Shown piece after piece: positions 56,774 to 64,000 of a DNA stretch of 64,000 bases. The DNA is from the human T2T-CHM13v2.0 reference genome, Homo sapiens. Every line of letters begins with the position of its first letter. Within the stretch, counting starts at the first letter, position 1. The notes under the pieces are model-generated. The model was not told the DNA's origin, did no database searches, and saw only the letters and a list, made by a program, of their open reading frames with translations. The stretch lies in NCBI RefSeq assembly GCF_009914755.1, contig NC_060931.1. One strand, written 5' to 3'. A program made the position numbers and the translations under genes.

Positions 56774-58101
56774 CTAGGCATGGTGCCTGTAATCCCAGCT
56801 ATTTGGGAGGCTGAGGCAAGAGAATCACTTGAACCTGGGAGGCAGAGGTCGCAGAGCTCAGATCGTACCACTGTACTCCAGCCCCTAGTGACAGAGCGAG
56901 ACACCATCTCAAAAAAAAAAAAAAAAAAAAAAAAGGACAGCAGTTTCTATACTGCTGACCTTAGGACTGTGAGAATCACATGAGGAGACATGAAAACACC
57001 TTGCAAAATGTGAAAATAAGCACTGTGACTCATGGTTAGCTTTTCTGAAGCTGCTCATAAAGATTCTGAGGGTCGTAGGGTCAAAAGCCATCAGGTTCAT
57101 GTTACCGCTTCCTGAGGCCAATCTCTGAAATCTGCCGCTCTCTTGTGGCCTTGCCCTTGGGAGCAGCAGCCCCAGTGGGCCTCCCTGGGTACCATGGAGA
57201 CAGACACACTTGTCTCCAGTAGAAGAGAGAGAAATGGAAGAATCATTAAACCAGCAGTTAGGCCTGCATGCAGTGGCTCACACTTACAATCCCAACACTT
57301 TTGGAGGCTGAGAACAGAGGATCGTTTGAGGCCAGGAGTTCAAGACCAGCCTGGACAACACAGCAAGACCCCCATCTCCACAAAAAATTTAAATATTAGC
57401 CAGGTGTGGTGGTGTGCACCTGTGGTCCCAGTTAGGAGGTCAAAGCAGGAGGTCCGCTTGAGCCCAGGAGTTCCAGGCTGCAATGAGCTATAATCTTACC
57501 ACTGTACTCCTGCCTGACCGACAGAGTGAGACCCTGTCTCAACAAAAAAATAAAAATAAAAAATAAGCAGCAGTTAAACCAGGAGAGAATGGAGTGGGTG
57601 GGGGCATAAAGTCATTTTTTTAAAGCATATAAAAGCTTTAAAGGACTTTTATTGTTTCAACTTAATACCCTGAAAAATTTCTGCTCTTGGCTTCATGATC
57701 CCAATTCTTAGCTCTTTCTGTTTACGTAAGCGGTGTTCATAATCAGAATGAACAATGGCGTCACACGGACAATCAGCCATGCCTTTCTGAGTCCATCCTA
57801 GTGTAGGCATGTGCGTAACTCCTGGGAGAGCTGTTCCGTAGCTGTTTCCAGTGAGTCCAGAATTCAAAACGTATGAAAGGCAGTTCTTGTATCATTTCAA
57901 ACTCACTCCTCTAACACAACAAAGCAGGGATTGTCTGAGACGGCAGCTTTTGGGCAGTTTGCTGAGAGCTGGGCAGCCTGTGGGACCAGCCCCTCTTATA
58001 AAGGGTCCCATGTGGCCATCAGTATTTCTCGGAGGATCAGATCCCTCTGAGCCAAATTCATGTCCACCTTATGTTCAGGCCACAGCCCCATGGATGGGCT
58101 C

Positions 58102-59582
58102 TGAAACCACCTTTGCATGCTTGTGAAAGATGGACCAGCAAAGAAAAATGAGAACCCAGGAGGCGGAGGTTGCAGTGAGCCGAGATCGTGCCACTGCACT
58201 TCAGCCTGGATGACAGAGCGAGACTGTGTCTCAAAAAACAACAACAACAAAAAAAACAAAACCCCCAGACACACACACACAAATGAAACCACATTTGCAA
58301 AAACTCTAACAAGTGAGATGTAATTTAACCACCCCCCAATCTTGCCTTTAGCCTTCAAACTGCCCTTAATCATAGCTGGGCTTGGACCAAGCAAAACTGG
58401 GAGACATTTAGTTTATAGCTTAAATGATAATAGCTTGGCCGGGTGTGGTGTCTCACACTTGTAATCCCAGCACTTTGGGAGGCCGAGGCGGGAGGATCAC
58501 GAGGTCAGGAGTTCGAGACCAGCTTGACCAACATGGTGAAACTCCGTCTCTACTAAAAATACAGAAAAAAATTAGCTGGGCGTGGTGGCACATGCCTGTA
58601 ATCCCAGCTACTCAGGAGGCTGTGGCAGGAGAATCACTTGAACCCAGGAGGCGGAGGTTGCAGTGAGGCAAGATTGCGCCACTCCACTCCACCCTGGGTG
58701 ACAGAGCGAGACTCGTCTCAAAAAAAAAAAGAAAAAAAAGATAACAGCCCTTCCCCAAAACTCAACCACCTTAATAAAGCTAATGAGAGACCACCAGGCA
58801 AGGAGGATGAGAGAAGCCTAAATTCTGCCAAGGTGTACACATCAACACCATTTCCAGTTATTATTCCAGAGGGCAGGCACAAGATTTGCAATTCCCCGTT
58901 ACTCCTGCGGGTTACATCACCACTGTAGAACCTAAGATTGGCCTTTTGAGATGTCTTTTCAGATTTTCGCATTTCTTTTTTTTTTTTTGAGACAGTTTCA
59001 CTCTGTCGCCCAGGCTGGAGTGCAGTGGTGTGATCTCTCCGCTCACTGCAGCCTCTGCCCCCTGGAGTTTTTCAAGTGATTCTCCTGCCTCAGCCACCCA
59101 AGTACCTGGGATAACAGGTGTGCTCCACCACGCCCCACTAATTTTTGTATTTTTAGTAGAGATGGAGTTTCACCGTGTTGGCCAGGCTGGTCTTCAACTC
59201 CTGATCTCAAGTGATCTGCTCGCCTCGGCCTCCCAAAGTGCTGGGATTACAGGCGTGAGCCACCGTGCCTGGCCCAGGTTTTTGCATTTCTGACCATCAG
59301 TAGCTCCACCTGGATCCGATGACCTCCCCACCCCTGCCGACCCACCACCTCACCCCACCCCACCCCATGGCCCCAGCCAGAAGCGAATCCCCTGGCCTGC
59401 CAAAGTATCCTTGAAAAAGTCTAGCCTCCGAATTTTTGGGGTGATTGATGTAAGAATAAAGCTCCGGCCTCCTGTTCGGCTGGTTCTGCATGAATTAATC
59501 TCTGTCTCTATTGCAATTCCCCTGTATTGAGAAATGGGCTCTCTCTGGGCCGCAGGCAAGAAGAACCCGTGTGGCAATAGCA
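58102..59582 (+). mobile_element. LTR8-like (ERV1) solo LTR interrupted by three Alus
   Basis: Starts tgaaaccacctttgca, internal AATAAA at ~59455, ends ...aagaacccgtgtggcaatagca; flanks gctc/gctg resemble a 4-bp TSD. Confidence 0.7.
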
Positions 59583-60880
59583 GCTGTGACGGTCAGACAG
59601 TGAAAACCAGTGGGGGATTGGTCCTCCCACCTGTCCACCCATGGCCTGCTCCTGCCATGCACACCAGGCGGTGCAGAGGCTGATGCCGTTTGCAGCACTT
59701 TTCAAGGTCCTGGCATGCCTGGTCCTGCCCAGAGCTTGGCACTACTGAAAAGTGCAAACACCACAAAACAGTTTCTAGGAGAGCGGCCAGGAGGTATTCA
59801 CAGTTGGGAACAACGGCCTCATTGTTTGGAATCTCATTTAAATGGTGCCAAACTTATTTCATGTCTCTCCTTCAGAAACTGATTTGGAGGAAATTTGATT
59901 CATCTGATTTGCTTATGTGGCTGAATAATTATTTAATTATTTGGCCAAATTTGGTTAAATGATACATTTTTCAACTAATTCTCAATGTTAACCCCGTAGC
60001 TTTCCCTCCCCCCATTTTTCCTCCAGGGAGGGTATAGCATCTCACACATTCAAAGCATGTTCTGAAATTTCCCTTGCTTGGCTCTGCTCAAAACAAACAT
60101 AAACCTGGCTTTCGAGTATTTCCAAGTCATTTATAAAAAAGAAATGGTTTATATAGGCTGTTAGGAGTTATTAATATTTAATTCATTTAGGGGAAAATGC
60201 TGGCCTTTGTGATTAGTAAAACTTGTTTTTATTTCTTTTACTTTATGTGATTTTCGAATATCTTTTTTTTTTTTTTTTTTTAAGAGACGGGGTCTCACTG
60301 TCACCCAGGCTGGAGTACAATGGCAGAGTCACAGCTCACTGCAGCCTTGAACTACTGAGTTCAAGGGATCCTCCCATCTCAGCCCACCAAGTAGCTGGGA
60401 CTACAGGTGCGTGCCGCCACATCCAGCTAATGTTTTTATTTTTTGTAGAGACAGGGTCTTGCTCTGTTGTCCAGGCTGGTCTCGAATTCCTGTCCTCAAG
60501 TGATCCTCTTAACTTGTCCTCCCACAGTGCTGAGATTACAGGCCTGAGCCCAAATATCCATTTTTAATCAGTACTTTTGTTTAAGACTCTATTGTTATAT
60601 TGGAGGAAAACAAAAAACAAAAAACTTTTGTAACATTTCATATATGACAAATCCCAAGAAGTAAAAAAAAGGACTTTCCAGGTCCCAGGGCTTCAGGAAG
60701 TGGGAGTGGGCTCATGGGGTGAGGACATTGTACCCAGCACTAAGCAAAGTAGAGTCTTAAGCCTGTTTCTTGCCTGGGGGCTATTTATGCTTCAACACGG
60801 TACCTGAAATATTGGGTATTCCAATATGCAAGAGGCAGAACTGAAAATTCCACAAATCCGTTCTGACATACGGATAAACT

Positions 60881-60886
60881 TTTATT
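60881..60886 (-). terminator. PSPH: PSPH poly(A) signal AATAAA
   Basis: tttatt on the + strand, ~680 nt beyond the stop codon. Confidence 0.7.
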
Positions 60887-61044
60887 GACATACCAAAGAG
60901 AAACCAATATTCACTGAAGGCTGCCGAATCCGTATTTCTAAGAGTAAAGGTGTTTAATTGACTCTCCACACTTAAAGCACTTTGTATGAAATATAGCTAC
61001 AAATATACATAAAGAATTCAGATCACAAAACTCTCTAGGACATT

Positions 61045-61351
<307 letters not shown>

Positions 61352-61557
61352 TCAATAGTCATCATATAATACTGGAACTACAGTTAAAAAAAAAAAAAAA
61401 GCAATCTTCTAGGATTCCTAACTGTAGTTTAAAGTACAGATCATTTGTACCAACTTTCTATAGCAAGTTGTAATAGGCAACTGTAAGCAAACAGTATCAA
61501 TCTGTATAACTTGTAAAAATTCATCTGAAGTTGTTTGGAGCTGTACGACAATGGATG

Positions 61558-61665
61558 TTATTCTTCCAGTTCTCCCAGCAGCTCTACAAAATCAGTGATA
61601 TACCATTTGGCGTTATCCTTGACTTGTTGCCTGATCACATTTCCTCCAAATCCAATGAAAGCATC
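61558..61665 (-). CDS. PSPH: Phosphoserine phosphatase, last coding exon (gene continues beyond the window)
   Basis: Minus strand: polypyrimidine tract + ttag| [35 protein letters not shown], matching the C-terminus of the HAD-family enzyme PSPH. Confidence 0.95.
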   Translation of the reverse strand, partial: DAFIGFGGNVIRQQVKDNAKWYITDFVELLGELEE

Positions 61666-62556
61666 CTAAGAAGGAAGAAAAGAGAGAGAAATGATTTTTA
61701 TTTTTATTTATTTATTTATTTTTTGGAGTCTCGCTCTGTCACCCAGGCTGGAGTGCAGTGACACAATCTCCACTCACTGCAACCTCTGCCTCCTGGGTTC
61801 AAGTGATTCTCATGCCTCAGCCTCCTGAGTAGCTGTGACTCCAGGTGTGCCCCACCTCGCCTGGCTACTTTTTTTTATTTTTTGTAGGGTCTTGCTATGT
61901 TGCCAGGCTGCTCTCAACCTCCTCCTGCGTCAGCTTCCAAAGTGCTGGGATTACAGGTATGCTCCACTGCACCCATCTAATTTTGTCATTCCTTTTTTGT
62001 TTCTTGAGACAGAGTCTCACCCTGTCACCCAGGCTGGAGTGCAGTGGCACCGTCATGGCTCACTGCAGCCTTGAACTTCTGGGCTCAAGTGATCATCCTG
62101 CCTCAGCCTCCTGAGTAGCCGGGATGACAGGTGCACACCACAATCCCTGAATAAATTTTTAGAGACAGAGTTTTGCCACGTTGCTCAGCTGGTCTTGAAC
62201 CTCTGTGCTTAAGCAATCCTCCCGCCTCAGCCTCCCAAAGTGCTGGGATCACAGGCGTGAGCCACCGCTCCTGGCTGATTTTGTCATTTCTTGAAAATGA
62301 GATTGGGAGCTCCCTGAGAAATCTCTTCATTTTACTTTTATGCATTCCTCATTAAACTAGTAGCCCAATGTTCACTACTTAGACAACCCCAACATTGGTT
62401 ATAAATTATCTAAGCTAACAGTAAAAAGACTCAAAGGCGGCTGGGTGTGGTAGCTCATGCCTGTAATCCAGCACTTTGGGAGGCTGAGGTGGGTGGATCA
62501 CCTGAGGTCAGGAGTTTGACACTAGCCTGGCCAACATGGTGAAACCCTGTCTCTAA

Positions 62557-62727
<171 letters not shown>

Positions 62728-62802
62728 TGACATGGCAAAGGCAAAGCCCTATGTGAAATGGACACATTTGATATTTATGACACTTGCTATATAGCATTTG
62801 AT

Positions 62803-62978
62803 TATATATATACACACATATACTATATATGTATATATATACACACATATACTATATATGTATATATATACACACATATATGTATATGTGTATGTATATA
62901 TTTATATACACACATATATATACATATGTGTGTATATATTTATATACACACACATATATATACGTATATGTGTATGTG

Positions 62979-63020
<42 letters not shown>
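62803..63020. repeat. Compound (TA)/(CA)/(TG) microsatellite in the last PSPH intron
   Basis: ~220 bp of alternating purine-pyrimidine sequence. Confidence 0.92.
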
Positions 63021-63686
63021 GCATTGATTTTAAAATGCTTAGAAATAAAATCCCTGGCCGGGCATGTTGGCTCACACCTGTAATCCCAGCACTCTGGCAG
63101 GCCAAGGCAGGAAGATCACTTAAGCCAGGAGTTCAAGATTAGCCTGGGCAACATAGTGAGACCTCATCTCTACAAAACATAAACAAAATTAGATAGGTGT
63201 GGTGGCATGCGCCTGCAGTCCCAGCTACTCAGGAGGCTGAGATGGGAAGATCGCTTGGTCTGGGACGTTGAGGCTGCAATGAGCTGAGATTGCACCACTG
63301 CACTCCGGCCTAGGTGACAGAGCAAGAACCTGTCTCAAAAAATAAATAAAACCTCTGCTAGTCTCAGAAAATGACATTAATTCAGAGGAATAAAATGCTG
63401 TTGTGGTGTGGGATGCAGTGGCACACACCTGTAATCCCAGCTACCAAGGAGGCTGAGGCGGGAGGATCATTTGAGCCCAGAAGTTCAGGGCTGTGATAAG
63501 CTATGATCGCAACACTGCACTCCAGCCTGGGCAACATAGCAAGACCCTGTCTCCAAAAAATAAAAATAAATAAATAAATAAAAACAAAATGCTCTGATAT
63601 GTTACAGGTAAATCATATAATCTCTGCAAGCCTCAGTTCCCCTATCAGTAAGAAGAACACAACATTTGGCCAGGCATGGTGGTTCA

Positions 63687-63944
<258 letters not shown>

Positions 63945-64000
63945 CTATCTAAGAAAAACAAAACAAAACATAATATTTGACTTCACAGGGCTGTTATGAA

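Noticed and set aside
62758-63142. Tyr/Ile/His/Thr-rich ORFs
   Set aside because: They are translations of the TA/CA microsatellite.

Overview
Human/great-ape genomic DNA, roughly half Alu, recognisable from the spliced proteins as the 7p11.2 MRPS17-NIPSNAP2(GBAS)-PSPH locus. The + strand carries the complete MRPS17 gene (3 exons, 130 aa) and the complete NIPSNAP2 gene (10 exons, 286 aa), each with a CpG-island promoter. The - strand carries the last exon and 3' UTR of PSPH. All exons were assembled by hand with GT-AG boundaries and an open frame. Nearly all ORFs in the supplied track are Alu or simple-repeat artefacts. I found no new protein-coding system. The most interesting signals are: (i) a retro-inserted 5' exon of an intron-containing tRNA-Ile(UAU) in NIPSNAP2 intron 3; (ii) fossil DNA-repair scars, including a complex templated insertion at 38.7 kb and several fold-back insertions; (iii) a near-spacerless inverted Alu palindrome in the last PSPH intron; (iv) a hairpin-bounded 36-bp minisatellite; (v) two introns at homologous positions in the two NIPSNAP repeats. 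Repeat family names come from recalled consensus sequences and need RepeatMasker/Dfam confirmation.
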